Below are positions 29,625-43,879 of a stretch of 64,000 bases of DNA, piece by piece. Position 1 is the stretch's first letter, and each line of letters begins with the position of its first letter. The stretch spans positions 10,850,001-10,914,000 of the forward strand of contig CM022676.1 of assembly GCA_012295275.1 (NCBI GenBank), given 5' to 3'. The translations under genes were made by a program, and so were the position numbers. Origin of the DNA: Chrysomallon squamiferum. Taxonomy: Eukaryota; Animalia; Mollusca. The notes under the pieces were generated by a model. That model was not told the origin of the DNA and made no database searches. It was given only the letters and a program-made list of their open reading frames with translations.

Positions 29625-29632
29625 CTGTTGTA

Positions 29633-29890
29633 TAACAATAACAATAATAACAATAACAATAACAATAACAACAATAACAATAACAATAACAATCACAATA
29701 ACAATAACAATAATAATAACAATAATAACAATAACAATAACAATAATAATAACAATAACAATAATAATAACAATAATAATAAAAATAACAATGATAATAA
29801 TAACAATAATAATAATTCTACTACTACTACTACTACTAGTAATAATAATAATAATAACAATAATAACAATAATAATAATATTATAATAAC

Positions 29891-29926
<36 letters not shown>
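29633..29926. repeat. (AAT/AAC)n compound microsatellite abutting a splice acceptor
   Basis: Direct observation. Confidence 0.95.
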
Positions 29927-29927
<1 letters not shown>

Positions 29928-29979
29928 TTTTTTACCAAATCAATTATTCGGCAAGCTAGGGACTCAAATGGCTCCAGAT

Positions 29980-32900
29980 TACTAGACACATACTAGACAC
30001 ATACTAGACACATACTAGTCACATACTAGAAAGATACTAGACACATACTAGAAACATACTAGAAACATACTAGACACATACTAGAAATATACTAGTCACA
30101 TACTAGAAAGATACTAGTCACATACTAGAAACATACTAGAAACATACTAGTCACATACTAGAAACATACTAGTCACATACTAGAAAGATACTAGACACAT
30201 ACTAGTAACATATTAGTCACATACTAGAAACATACTAGACACATACTAGAAACATACTAGTCACATACTAGAAACATACTAGACACATACTAGAAACATA
30301 CTAGAAACATACTAGTAACATACTAGTCACATACTAGTCACATACTAGAAACATACTAGACACATACTAGAAACATACTAGTCACATACTAGTCACATAC
30401 TAGAAACATACTAGTCACATACTAGAAACATACTAGACACATACTAGAAACATACTAGTAACATACTAGTCACATACTAGTCACATACTAGACACATACT
30501 AGTCACATACTAGAAACATACTAGAGACATACTAGTCACATACTAGTCACATACTAGACACATACTAGTCACATACTAGAAACATACTAGACACATACTA
30601 GTCACATACTAGACACATACTAGTCACATACTAGAAACATACTAGACACATACTAGTCACATACTAGACACATACTAGACACATACTAGTCACATACTAG
30701 AAACATACTACACATACTAGAGACATACCAGACACATACTAGTCACATACTAGAAACATACTAGTAACATACTAGACACATACTAGAGATATACTAGTCA
30801 CATACTAGTCACATACTAGACACATACTAGTCACATACTAGAAACATATTAGTCACATACTAGTCACATACTAGACACATACTAGAAACATACTAGACAC
30901 ATACTAGAAACATACTAGTCACATACTAGTCACATACTAGAAACATACTAGAAACATACTAGTCACATACTAGAAACATACTAGTCACATACTAGTCACA
31001 TACTAGAAACATACTAGACACATACTAGAAACATACTAGTCACATACTAGAAAGATACTAGACACATACTAGAAACATACTAGAAACATACTAGTAACAT
31101 ACTAGTCACATACTAGTCACATACTAGTCACATACTAGAAAGATACTAGACACATACTAGTCACATACTAGTCACATACTAGTCACATACTAGAAACATA
31201 CTAGAAACATACTAGTCACATACTAGAAACATACTAGTCACATACTAGTCACATACTAGAAACATACTAGTCACATACTAGAAACATACTAGAAACATAC
31301 TAGTCACATACTAGTCACATACTAGAAACATACTAGAAACATACTAGTCACATACTAGAAACATACTAGTCACATTCTAGAAACATACTAGACACATACT
31401 AGAAACATACTAGTCACATACTAGAAAGATACTAGACACATACTAGAAACATACTAGAAACATACTAGTAACATACTAGTCACATACTAGTCATATACTA
31501 GTCACATACTAGAAACATACTAGACACATACTAGAAACATACTAGTAACATACTAGTCACATACTAGAAACATACTAGAAACATACTAGAAACATACTAG
31601 TCCCATACTAGTCACATACTAGAAACATACTAGAAACATACTAGTCACATACTAGAAACATACTAGTCACATACTAGAAACATACTAGAAACATACTAGT
31701 CACATACTAGAAACATACTAGAAACATACTAGAAACATACTAGAAATATACTAGTCACATACTAGTCACATACTAGAAACATACTAGAAACATACTAGAA
31801 ACATACTAGTCACATACTAGAAACATACTAGACACATACTAGAAACATACTAGACATACTAGTCACATACTAGTCACATACTAGACACATATTAGTCACA
31901 TACTAGAAACATACTAGACAGATACTAGTCACATACTAGACACATACTAGTCACATACTAGAAACATACTAGACACATACTAGTCACATACTAGACACAT
32001 ACTAGACACATACTAGTCAATACTAGAAACATACTACACATACTAGAGACATACCAGACACATACTAGACACATACTAGACACATACTAGAAACATACTA
32101 GTCACATACTAGAAAGATACTAGACACATACTAGTAACATATTAGTCACATACTAGAAACATACTAGACACATACTAGAAACATACTAGTCACATACTAG
32201 AAACATACTAGACACATACTAGAAACATACTAGAAACATACTAGTAACATACTAGTCACATACTAGTCACATACTAGTCACATACTAGAAACATACTAGA
32301 CACATACTAGAAACATACTAGTCACATACTAGTCACATACTAGAAACATACTAGAAACATACTAGTCACATACTAGAAACATACTAGACACACACTAGAA
32401 ACATACTAGTAACATACTAGTCACATACTAGTCACATACTAGTCACATACTAGAAACATACTAGAGACATACTAGTCACATACTAGTCACATACTAGACA
32501 CATACTAGAAACATACTAGTCACATACTAGTCACATACTAGTCACATACTAGAAACATACTAGACACATACTAGTCACATACTAGACACATACTAGACAC
32601 ATACTAGTCACATACTAGAAACATACTACACATACTAGAGACATACCAGACACATACTAGACACATACTAGACACATACTAGACATAGTAGTCACATACT
32701 AGTCACATACTAGACACATACTAGTCACATACTAGACACATACTAGTCACATACTAGACACATACTAGAGACATACTAGATACATACTAGTCACATACTA
32801 GAGACATACTAGTCACATACTAGTCACATACTACACACATACTAGACACATACTAGTCACATACAAAACATACTAGTCACAGAGTAGTCAGATACTAGAC

Positions 32901-33180
32901 ACATACTAGTCACATACTAGACACATACTAGAGACATACTAGACACATACTAGTCACATACTAGACACATACTAGTCACATACTAGACACATACTAGAGA
33001 CATACTAGACACATACTAGTCACATACTAGACAATACTAGAGACATACTAAACACATACTAGAGACATACTAAACACATACTAGACACATACTAGTCACA
33101 TACTAGACACATACTAGTCACATACTAGACACATACTAGACACATACTAAACACATACTTGTCACATACTAGACACATAC
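29980..33180. repeat. 11-bp minisatellite ACATACTAG(TC/AA/AC/TA/AG)
   Basis: About 3.2 kb; constant 9-mer plus variable dinucleotide; intronic in FSTL1. Confidence 0.97.
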
Positions 33181-33444
33181 TTCTTTTTTAATTCATTAAA
33201 AAATTTAAATTACCTATAGAAAATGTGATCTATAATAAATACGATAAGAAAACATAATTTTAATAAAACAATATCTCAACAAATTAACACACTTCTTAAA
33301 ACACTTAAATTTCTTACAATATGTATAATATATCACATGAAAATTCAACAAAGAAAAACATTAATTTAACAGGTAGAATGACTTCTGTGATAGATTTACA
33401 GCAGCAGTCTCACTGAATCTGTTCAACATGTACGTCATGGAAAC

Positions 33445-33545
33445 GACTAATGCAGTGAATGGTGACTTACAGAGTGACTAATGCAGTGAGTGGTGACTTA
33501 CAGTGTGACTAATGCAGTGAGTGGTGACTTACAGTGTGACTAATT
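33445..33545. repeat. 31-bp tandem repeat, ~3 copies
   Basis: GACTAATGCAGTGAGTGGTGACTTACAGTGT repeated. Confidence 0.9.
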
Positions 33546-33858
33546 TAAAAGTAGTCACTTAATAATAATACTACTACTAATAAATAACTGCCTGTTTTTT
33601 TTTTGTATTTTCCGGATGCCAGATAAATGGTTCAGTACCTGTACTACTACTAATAACAGTAACAGTAATAACAATAATAACAATACTACTAATAATAACA
33701 ATATTAGTAATAATAATAACAAAAATGATAATGATAATAATAATAATAATAGTAATAATAATAATAACAAAAATGATAATGATAATAATAATAATAATAA
33801 TAGTAGTAATAATAATACTAATAACAATAATAATAATAGTGATGAATGATATCCCAGC

Positions 33859-33889
<31 letters not shown>

Positions 33890-34354
33890 TCGGCTATTGG
33901 GTTTCAAACAAAATGAAATATACGAAAATGATGAACATCCTCTATTTAAAAGGTCAAAACCAAAATCAGTCAAAACAGTGCAAAGAGCTGTGTACAACAA
34001 CAATATCAATAATAATAAAAATAAATAAATAATAATGTTAATAATAATAATAAATTAATAATAATGTTAATAATAGATAATAATAATAATAAATTAATAA
34101 TAATGTTAATAATAGATAATAATAATGATAATTACGATGATGGTAATAAGAACAACAAAATAGGAATAATAATGATGATAATAATAATAATGACAGCAGC
34201 AGTAGTAGTAGTAGCTGCAGCAGTAATAATAATAAATTAATAATAATGATAATGATGTTGATGTTCATAAGGACCAACAGTAGCAAACACTAACCCTATT
34301 TCTACAACAACAAAAATAACCTATAAATGACACTGTGACAACAAAGTCAGTGAC

Positions 34355-34499
34355 CTTAGCACATGAGCTCCAGTGTCTGTTGGTTTGTCAGCTCGTTTTT
34401 TCTCTGTACACTTCAGTACTTCATCAGCATCCAATCGGTTGTTGCGATTTTGGTCACATGACTGGAAAACATCCAACGTCATATCCTGATACGATTTCT
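34355..34499 (-). CDS. FSTL1: FSTL1-like exon (EF-hand 1)
   Basis: actgcag|KKSYQDMTLDVFQSCDQNRNNRLDADEVLKC...GAHVL-AG|gtcact, phase 1-2. The donor is weak but the phase fits the next exon (LR/GLCVDAL). Confidence 0.85.
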
Positions 34500-34699
34500 C
34501 TGCAGTAAAAATGACATGTAAGACAGAGCGATCAGAAATATATATTACATAACAGAACATCTTCTATCACCTTATCCCTTTTATTTCAGTTTATTTAACC
34601 AATCATGACAGATCTTTCTACGATTCTCAATCAACTCTCGTTTTTTTTGTGTTTTTTTTTTTTTTGAGTTCATCATCTCATGAAACGAATCTGTAAACA

Positions 34700-35135
34700 A
34701 TAATTTCACCCAATCACGATAGTTTTGATTATAATTTCACCCAATCAAGATACAGTTTTGATTATAATTTCACCCAATCAAGATACAGTTTTGATTATAA
34801 TTTCACCCAATCAAGATACAGTTTTGATTATAATTTCACCCAATCAAGATAGAGTTTTGAATATAATTTCACCCAATCAAGATACAGTTTTGATTATAAT
34901 TTCACCCAATCAAGATACAGTTTTGAATATAATTTCACCCAATCAAGATACAGTTTTGATTATAATTTCACCCAATCAAGATAGAGTTTTGAATATAATT
35001 TCACCCAATCAAGATACAGTTTTGATTATAATTTCACCCAATCAAGATACAGTTTTGAATATAATTTCACCCAATCAAGATACAGTTTTGATTATAATTT
35101 CACCCAATCAAAATAGAGTTTTGACTATAATTTCT
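34700..35135. repeat. 33-bp minisatellite, ~13 copies
   Basis: ATAATTTCACCCAATCAAGATACAGTTTTGA(T/A)T; degenerate copies extend toward 35230. Confidence 0.95.
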
Positions 35136-35239
35136 GCCACGGATCAAAACTCCTTTCACCATAGATCTTGTATCTATAGTTCCAACCAATCAACAAAGAT
35201 TTTTTGTAATACAATTTCATCCAATCAGAACTGACTCAC

Positions 35240-35383
35240 TATTGACTACGGCTTGACGTTTGATCCAATCAACAAGCAGCTGTCTGAGTTCGTCTCGCTG
35301 TACTTGGTAGCAGACGAGAGGAAGCTTTTCTCCGACTTCCTTCTGAAGAGTCTCTTCCTTCATTCTAACAGTTGTCTGCTCGT
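35240..35383 (-). CDS. FSTL1: FSTL1-like exon (start of extracellular calcium-binding domain; not in the ORF track)
   Basis: tttttag|NEQTTVRMKEETLQKEVGEKLPLVCYQVQRDELRQLLVDWIKRQAVVN|gtgagt, phase 1-1; compare human [20 protein letters not shown]. Confidence 0.92.
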
Positions 35384-35570
35384 CTAAAAACAATTGTTTA
35401 AAAGCAAGCTTTATACACAGCTAAACTGCGATATTTTAAAAACAATTAATAACATAGAAGTAACAGAAGAAGAAAACTTTGTTTAGAGAGATGAATTACA
35501 ATCCACACACACACAGAAACTAATAAAAATATAAATATAATTTTTTTTATCATTATTAATAAATGCTTTG

Positions 35571-35601
<31 letters not shown>

Positions 35602-36265
35602 ACATTGTATTAAACTAAAAAAAATAAGCTGTAATTAAAATAAATATATATTTATGAACATGATTGTTTTAAGCAAATGGAAATGTGCAAAGGAGATATT
35701 TGTGTAGGAGGCGAGCGAGGGTACTGGGTGAGGTATGCACATGAAATTAAATTTCATCTAAAAACATAAATGTGCTGATGTGGAAATTTAAAAATTAAAA
35801 TAAGTATACGAGACCAGAGTTATTCCAACAGTTTTGCTGGGCACATTTAGTTTTTCACTTTTCATTCGCTCCTTAATTAAAAGGCTCAGTATTAAGTGTC
35901 ATATATTTGTTTTCTTCAAGGTTAGTGTTTTTATTTTCTACTTCTTAATTTATTTTATTTTTAATTATTTATTTATATTTTTCTTATTTTACTTATTATA
36001 ATTATTATCCCCCCCATGACATTTTCAGTGACGTAACTAAAGAGCGGTAAATACAGCACTCAGATGGAGGCGCGCACTTTCTGTTTGACTGGTATTTTTT
36101 AAGCTTATGTTTTGGTAAAGTTATTGGAAAGATGGGTGTCTATCAGACGTTTTAAATTTCAGTGCTTGCCACATTCGCCTATTTCCATAGATATGCCTCT
36201 GTGTTTTACCGGTGAGTGTGTAAGTTATTTTTAGTAGTGTTTTTAAAAACATGGCTGACACGTAC

Positions 36266-36481
36266 TGACACAAGCTCGACGATGTTTTAAGCGAATCTTG
36301 CGATGTTCAACACACGCAATTCGATGCATTTCACACGGATTATAGTACGTCCGTCCGTCTGTAGCACAGACTGGATGATGTCGTAGCGGACACGTCAGAC
36401 GACATTCGCAGTGGCGTGTGCCATCTCTCTTTCTGACACATTCCTGTCCAGTTCGACACCTCACACTGCCACACACTCGAC
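36266..36481 (-). CDS. FSTL1: FSTL1-like exon (follistatin-N + Kazal)
   Basis: tgtttag|RVCGSVRCRTGQECV...CECRLTCPLRHHPVCATDGRTYYNPCEMHRIAC...ACV|gtacgt, 216 nt, phase 1-1, 10-Cys follistatin pattern. Confidence 0.95.
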
Positions 36482-36804
36482 CTAAACACAGTGCAGAACA
36501 GAAAACAACTGAAAAACTGAAACAAGCAACAACAACAAATATTTACAAAAAGAGGAAAATATATAAATAAATAAATAAATAAATAAAATTAAATTTGTTT
36601 TTCTTTAAAAAAAAAATATAATGTGCAGTTATAGTTTTTTTTTTACAAAAGTAGATATTGTTAAATAAATAAATATTGTGCTGCAGTGTGGTAATCAAAA
36701 ACAGCAAAATAACAAAACAACAGTGACAACAGCAATAATATCTATAATGATAATAGTAACATAATACAAATAACCATAATCATAAAAATAATCATCATCA
36801 TTCG

Positions 36805-38070
36805 TACTATTGTAATTAAGACAGTAATAATAATAATTTCACTGGCTGTATTCACTGTATTGTTATTAAGACAGTAATAATTTCACTGGCTGTATTAACT
36901 TTATTGTTATTAAGACAGTAATAATTTCACTGGCTGTATTAACTGTATTGTTATTAAGACAGTAATAATTTCACTGGCTGTATTCACTGTATTGTTATTA
37001 AGACAGTAATAATTTCACTGGCTGTATTAACTGTTTTGTTATTAAGACAGTAATAATTTCACTGGCTGTATTCACTGTATTGTTATTAAGACAATAATAA
37101 TTTCACTGGCTGTATTAACTGTATTGTAATTAAGACAGTAATAATAATAATTTCACTGGCTGTATTAACTGTATTGTTATTAAGACAGTAATAATTTCAC
37201 TGGCTGTATTAACTGTATTGTTATTAAGACAGTAATAATTTCACTGGCTGTATTCACTGTATTGTTATTAAGACATTAATAATTTCACTGGCTGTATTAA
37301 CTTTATTGTTATTAAGACAGTAATAATAATAATTTCACTGGCTGTATTAACTGTATTGTTATTAAGACAGTAATAATAATAATTTCACTGGCTGTATTAA
37401 CTATTGTTATTAAGACAGTAATAATAATAATTTCACTGGCTGTATTAACTATTGTTATTAAGACAGTAATAATTTCACTGGCTGTATTAACTGTATTGTT
37501 ATTAAGACAGTAATAATAATAATTTCACTGGCTGTATTAACTGTATTGTTATTAAGACAGTAATAATAATAATTTCACTGGCTGTATTCACTGTATTGTT
37601 ATTAAGACAGTAATAATAATAATTTCACTGGCTGTATTCACTGTATTGTTATTAAGACAATAATAATTTCACTGGCTGTATTAACTGTATTGTTATTAAG
37701 ACAATAATAATTTCACTGGCTGTATTAACTGTATTGTTATTAAGACAGTAATAATAATAATTTCACTGGCTGTATTAACTTTATTGTTATTAAGACAGTA
37801 ATAATAATAATTTCACTGGCTGTATTCACTGTATTGTTATTAAGACAGTAATAATTTCACTGGCTGTATTAACTTTATTGTTATTAAGACAGTAATAATA
37901 ATAATTTCACTGGCTGTATTCACTGTATTGTTATTAAGACAATAATAATTTCACTGGCTGTATTAACTGTATTGTTATTAAGACAGTAGTAATAATAATT
38001 TCACTGGCTGTATTAACTGTATTGTTATTAAGACAGTAATAATAATAATTTCACTGGCTGTATTAACTTT
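36805..38070. repeat. 44-50 bp minisatellite with variable internal (AAT)n
   Basis: TTAAGACAGT(AAT)nTTCACTGGCTGTATT(A/C)ACTGTATTGTTA, roughly 27 copies. Confidence 0.95.
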
Positions 38071-41000
38071 AAAATGGCTGCTACTTGTCAAGTTATACAT
38101 TTAAGAATAAAATTACATTTTTATCGACTAGAAATCCAGTCTCGTGAACAGAACAGTTTTATCATTTCTGTCGAGCTGCTTATTTGATTCTAACAAACAG
38201 CTCCAGACACTGAATTATGAAAATTATGTCCCTGGCACAGACTTTGTAAAATAGTCTGCTAACAAAACTGAATAATAATTATAACAATTTTCTTCACTGC
38301 AAATAGAAAATACTGTAAAGAAAAAATAAAGGAGAAAAGAAAATGGTAAAATAAAATAAAATTAATTCACTTTAATAGCACATTTTGTTTTGTTGTTTGT
38401 GAATATCACTCATGTATAAAGTGGTTTAGCTATTTCAGTGTAAACATGACTGAGTGAGCAAACAAGCAGTTATTAACAAGTCATATCACTTAGTGGAAAT
38501 CAATAAAACACAGTGAGCTGTGTCAATAACATAATGATTTGCTGATTGATAAACGATGTTATTAAAATAATTACACAAATTGATTTCCAATGTGGCTGAG
38601 TTGAATTCAGGTAAAATGGAAGCCAAGAAAAAAAAAAAAAGGATTCTGATATTTTCTATTCTTTTTTTTAAATTTTTGTTTTTTTCTTTCTTTTTTTTTC
38701 TTTGCTGGAGCTGAGTGTCATAAGATTGCAAATAATATTTTGTTTTCAACTATTAAATGATGTAAAAAATGTTTAAATAAATTGTAGCAGTAGTGGTAGT
38801 AGATGTAATTGTTGTTTCAGTAGCAGATTGAAATGATAGTACTAGTAGTAATAATAGTAGTAATAGTAATATCAGTACTAGTAACAGTATTGGAGCTAGT
38901 GGCAGTAATAGTAGTATTAGTATTAGTAATGTTCGTAGTATTAGTTGCAGCTATAGTAATACTGACAGTAGTAGTAGCAGTAGTAGTAATAATAATGTAA
39001 GTAGTAGTAGTAGCAATAATTACATAAGTAGCACCAGAAATAATAATAATATAAACAGCAGCAGTAGTAATAGTAGTGGTAACAGTAAAAATGTAGTAGT
39101 ACTGATAGCAATTGTGGTTATTGCAGTAGTAATAGTAGTGTTAGTGGTAATAGTAAAAATGTAGTAGTACTGATAGCAATTGTGGTTATTGCAGTAGTAG
39201 TGCTTATAGTGGTTTTTATATAAATTTATTAATCAGCTATTTAGTGTGTGTGTGTGTGTTTTTTTTAAATTATTATAAAACATCTGACTGATGATATAAA
39301 CATTTTGTTCAAAACATCAAGTCTGTTTGAAGCTAGTTAGAGATTGTTGAAATTTCTGTTTTAAAAGTGTGCTGTGAGGTCTCCAGCAGGATAACACTGG
39401 TTGAATGTTTAAAAGCAGATTTGAAGAGATCAGTGGAAAAACAGATGAGAAGTAACTTGAGTGATTTTTGACTCACAGGGAGTCTGGTTGTCATAGCAAC
39501 AAAGACAGTTTAATATGTTTTTGTGTGAATGAGCTAATCAAAGAAATTACAAACACAGAGAATGGAATTTTTTTAAGAGAAGTAATAATTCTAATGAACA
39601 CTTAACAGAAAGAAAAAAAGCAGTTTTATTTAATACCAAGCTCATGACAGTGGAGTCTTAATTAAAATCTGTGTGGAGAGGAAACCTGTTGAAACCTTCT
39701 CATAGAATGGGAAAATACAAACAAACAGTAACTGATTTATGTTAGTATGTGTACAAGTTGATGGGAAATATACAACTGAGAATGCTGTGCGGTTTGGTTT
39801 GATCATGTATAGTGTCATTCTCAACTGAGTTAGTACAAACAACACTAGCTTTGTCATACTGGGAATGAAAACAATGTGAACAGACTTGAGACTAAACAGA
39901 GAAGAGAGAATGAGATTTAATTATGTACATTATCTATCAGTGTGTGTATTTGTGATGGTGTGTATGCATGTGTGTACGTATGTGTGTTGGTATATACGTA
40001 TGTGTGTTTATTTGTACTGGTGTGTATGCATATGTGTATGCATGTGTGTATTTGTGATGGTATATATGTATGTATGTGTATACAGGGGGGTGTATTTGTA
40101 AGTAAATATGCACACATATTTATATGAATGTTATGCATGTATGTGTATATGTGAATATATATATATATATATATATTTGTATGTAAATATGTGAATGTAT
40201 ATATGTTGTATATGTATGTATATATATGTGTATGTGTATATGTCTACATGTTTATCTTTGTGTGTGTGCATGGTGTATTTATACATACACACATATGTAC
40301 GAATGTATACATCTATTTAATATATTTGTTTTATAAGTGTTAGTGTGTTATGGGAATGAGATGTATGTGTGTGTGTCAAACACAAAAATGCCTTCTAGAA
40401 AAGGAAAGATGTTTTCTGTATCACTACAAATAACACAGTCTCTGAGAACAAAGGACATTTTTCTCAAATCAGTTACATAGCAGGTTTCCACTCTCACCAC
40501 ATGTTTCCAGTTCTGGAATTTGATTTAACTTTCTTTTTTTTCTTTTTTTTCTGACATGCCACACAAATGTTTCTGTTTAAGTAATTAGTAATTCAAAAAA
40601 ATTTGGCAGGTAAAGAAAAAAGTATTATGAGAATAAAGGTAAAAAGAGAAGGGAAGAAAATAAACAAAATCTTGTTGACTTTGCTCACTTACTCACTACT
40701 ACTCACTACTACTCACTACTACTCACTGATAAATAACAAAAATGCAAAAAATTGAGGGAGTAATTTTTAAATGACTTTGACATTCCTGTTTAAAGTACAC
40801 TGCTGTATTTGATTGACTGAAAAGTTTCATTCTGTTATCTTATAGTGTTAATGGTTTAAGCATGTTTGGTGGGATTGAATTCTCTTAATCATGCAGATAC
40901 TTGCATTGTTAAATAAACTAAATGGAATAGTTTTAAGTGTTTAAAAGTAATGTGCAGTCTAAACACTGCTTCCAGTATCTGGGTCTCACAATCAGCTCCT

Positions 41001-41208
41001 TCACTACAACTCTCAGCTGTAAGCCAAGTACTGACAAACAGTATGAGAAAGAAAGATATTTTGACTGTGTAAACACAGATGAAACATAAAATAAACACTT
41101 TATTCAGTTTAAATATAAATGAACCGAATTTATTAAGTTCTTTTCTCTGACTGGATCCCCCACCATTTGGTTGCCCCTTCGCCCCCCCTTGAAACACACT
41201 ATAAAAGT

Positions 41209-41350
<142 letters not shown>

Positions 41351-41653
41351 ATATATATATATCTACACATTGTATTTATCAAAATGAACAAACCTTTATG
41401 ACTTCCTGGTCTCTGAAACAAACAAAAAATTAAAATAAAAATAAAAACAATTTTCACAAAACATTAATAAAATGTAAGTGGTATTACAATTTTTTAAATT
41501 TATTTATTTATTTATTTATTTAAAAACCACTATATACTGTAATATGTAAGGAGAAAACAACTTTAATTACTGCACACTTATCTACTTCCTAGATCCAGCA
41601 GTGAGAACAAATTTAAATTTGTTTTTATTACAACAAAATCCTAGCCTCTCTAC

Positions 41654-42470
41654 GTAACTGACAGATTATTTATCTAAACTGTACTCAGTCTATGATCTAA
41701 GTAACTGACAGATTATTTATCTAAACTGTACTCAGTCTATGATCTAAGTAACTGACAGATTATTTATCTAAACTGTACTCAGTCTATGATCTCTAAGTAA
41801 CTGACAGATTATTTATCTAAACTGTACTCAGTCTATGATCTCTCTAAGTAACTGACAGATTATTTATCTAAACTGTACTCAGTCTATGATCTAAGTAACT
41901 GACAGATTATTTATCTAAACTGTACTCAGTCTATGATCTCTGTAAGTAACTGACAGATTATTTATCTAAACTGTACTCAGTCTATGATCTAAGTAACTGA
42001 CAGATTATTTATCTAAACTGTACTCAGTCTATGATCTCTGTAAGTAACTGACAGATTATTTATCTAAACTGTACTCAGTCTATGATCTAAGTAACTGACA
42101 GATTATTTATCTAAACTGTACTCGGTCTATGATCTCTAAGTAACTGACAGATTATTTATCTAAACTGTACTCAGTCTATGATCTAAGTAACTGACAGATT
42201 ATCTAAACTGTACTCAGTCTATGATCTCTAAGTAACTGACAGATTATTTATCTAAACTGTACTCAGTCTATGATCTAAGTAACTGACAGATTATTTATCT
42301 AAACTGTACTCAGTCTATGATCTCTGTAAGTAACTGACAGATTATTTATCTAAACTGTACTCAGTCTATGATCTAAGTAACTGACAGATTATTTATCTAA
42401 ACTGTACTCAGTCTATGATCTCTGTAAGTAACTGACAGATTATTTATCTAAACTGTACTCAGTCTATGAT
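41654..42470. repeat. 47-51 bp minisatellite
   Basis: GTAACTGACAGATTATTTATCTAAACTGTACTCAGTCTATGATCT(CT/CTGT)AA, ~17 copies. Confidence 0.95.
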
Positions 42471-42496
42471 TGCCAGTTCTTAACCTCCACATCCAC

Positions 42497-43745
42497 CTGC
42501 TTGCTAATTTATGATTATATCAAACTGAAAACACTGACAGATCATTTACTGCTTGCTAATTTATGATTATATCAAACTGAAAACACAGACAGATAATTTA
42601 CTGCTTGCTAATTTATGATTATATCAAACTGAAAACACTGACAGATCATTTACTGCTTGCTAATTTATGATTATATCAAACTGAAAACACAGACAGATAA
42701 TTTACTGCTTGCTAATTTATGATTGTATCATACTGAAAACACAGACAGATAATTTACTACTTGCTAATTTATGATTATATCAAACTGAAAACACAGACAG
42801 ATAATTTACTGCTTGCTAATTTAAACACAGACAGATAATTTACTGCTTGCTAATTTATGATTGTATCAAACTGAAAACACAGACAGATAATTTACTACTT
42901 GCTAATTTATGATTGTATCAAACTGAAAACACAGACAGATAATTTACTGCTTGCTAATTTATGATTGATATCAAACTAAATACTTGAAAACACTGACAGA
43001 TCTGCTTGCTTAGTACAAACTGAAAACACAGACAGATAATTTACTACTTGCTAATTTATGATTGTATCATACTGAAAACACAGACAGATAATTTACTACT
43101 TGCTAATTTATGATTATATCAAACTGAAAACACTGACAGATAATTTACTGCTTGCTAATTTATGATTGTATCAAACTGAAAACACTGACAGATCATTTAC
43201 TGCTTGCTAATTTATGATTGTATCAAACTGAAAACACTGACAGATAATTTACTGCTTGCTAATTTATGATTGTATCAAACTGAAAACACAGACAGATAAT
43301 TTATGATTGATTATATCAAACTGAAAACACAGACAGATAATTTACTACTTGATTATATCAAACACAGACAGATAATTTACTGCTTGCTAATTTATGATTA
43401 TATCAAACTGAAAACACAGACAGATAATTTACTGCTTGCTAATTTATGATTATATCAAACTGAAAACACAGACAGATAATTTACTGCTTGCTAATTTATG
43501 ATTATATCAAACTGAAAACACAGACAGATAATTTACTGCTTGCTAATTTATGATTGTATCATACTGAAAACACAGACAGATAATTTACTGCTTGCTAATT
43601 TATGATTGTATCATACTGAAAACACTGACAGATCATTTACTACTTGCTAATTTATGATTATATCAAACTGAAAACACTGACAGATAATTCACTGCTTGCT
43701 AATTTATGATTATATCATACTGAAAACACTGACAGATAATTTACT
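42497..43745. repeat. 52-bp minisatellite
   Basis: CTGCTTGCTAATTTATGATT(A/G)TATCAAACTGAAAACAC(A/T)GACAGATAATTTA, ~24 copies. Confidence 0.95.
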
Positions 43746-43879
43746 TAATTTATATTCAGTCTGTTTTAGCCACATTAATCTCGACCCCCCTCTAGATCCC
43801 CCCTAGGAGCCATGTTTACATCAGCTATATGTGGTAAATCTGTTACCTATTTTATACTTTATACTTCCTGCCAAAATAT

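Noticed and set aside
29980-33180. Interstitial telomere repeat
   Set aside because: The 11-mer has no TTAGGG or G-run similarity.
34725-35234. 169-aa ORF of IIISPNQDTVL repeats
   Set aside because: Antisense translation of a 33-bp intronic minisatellite.
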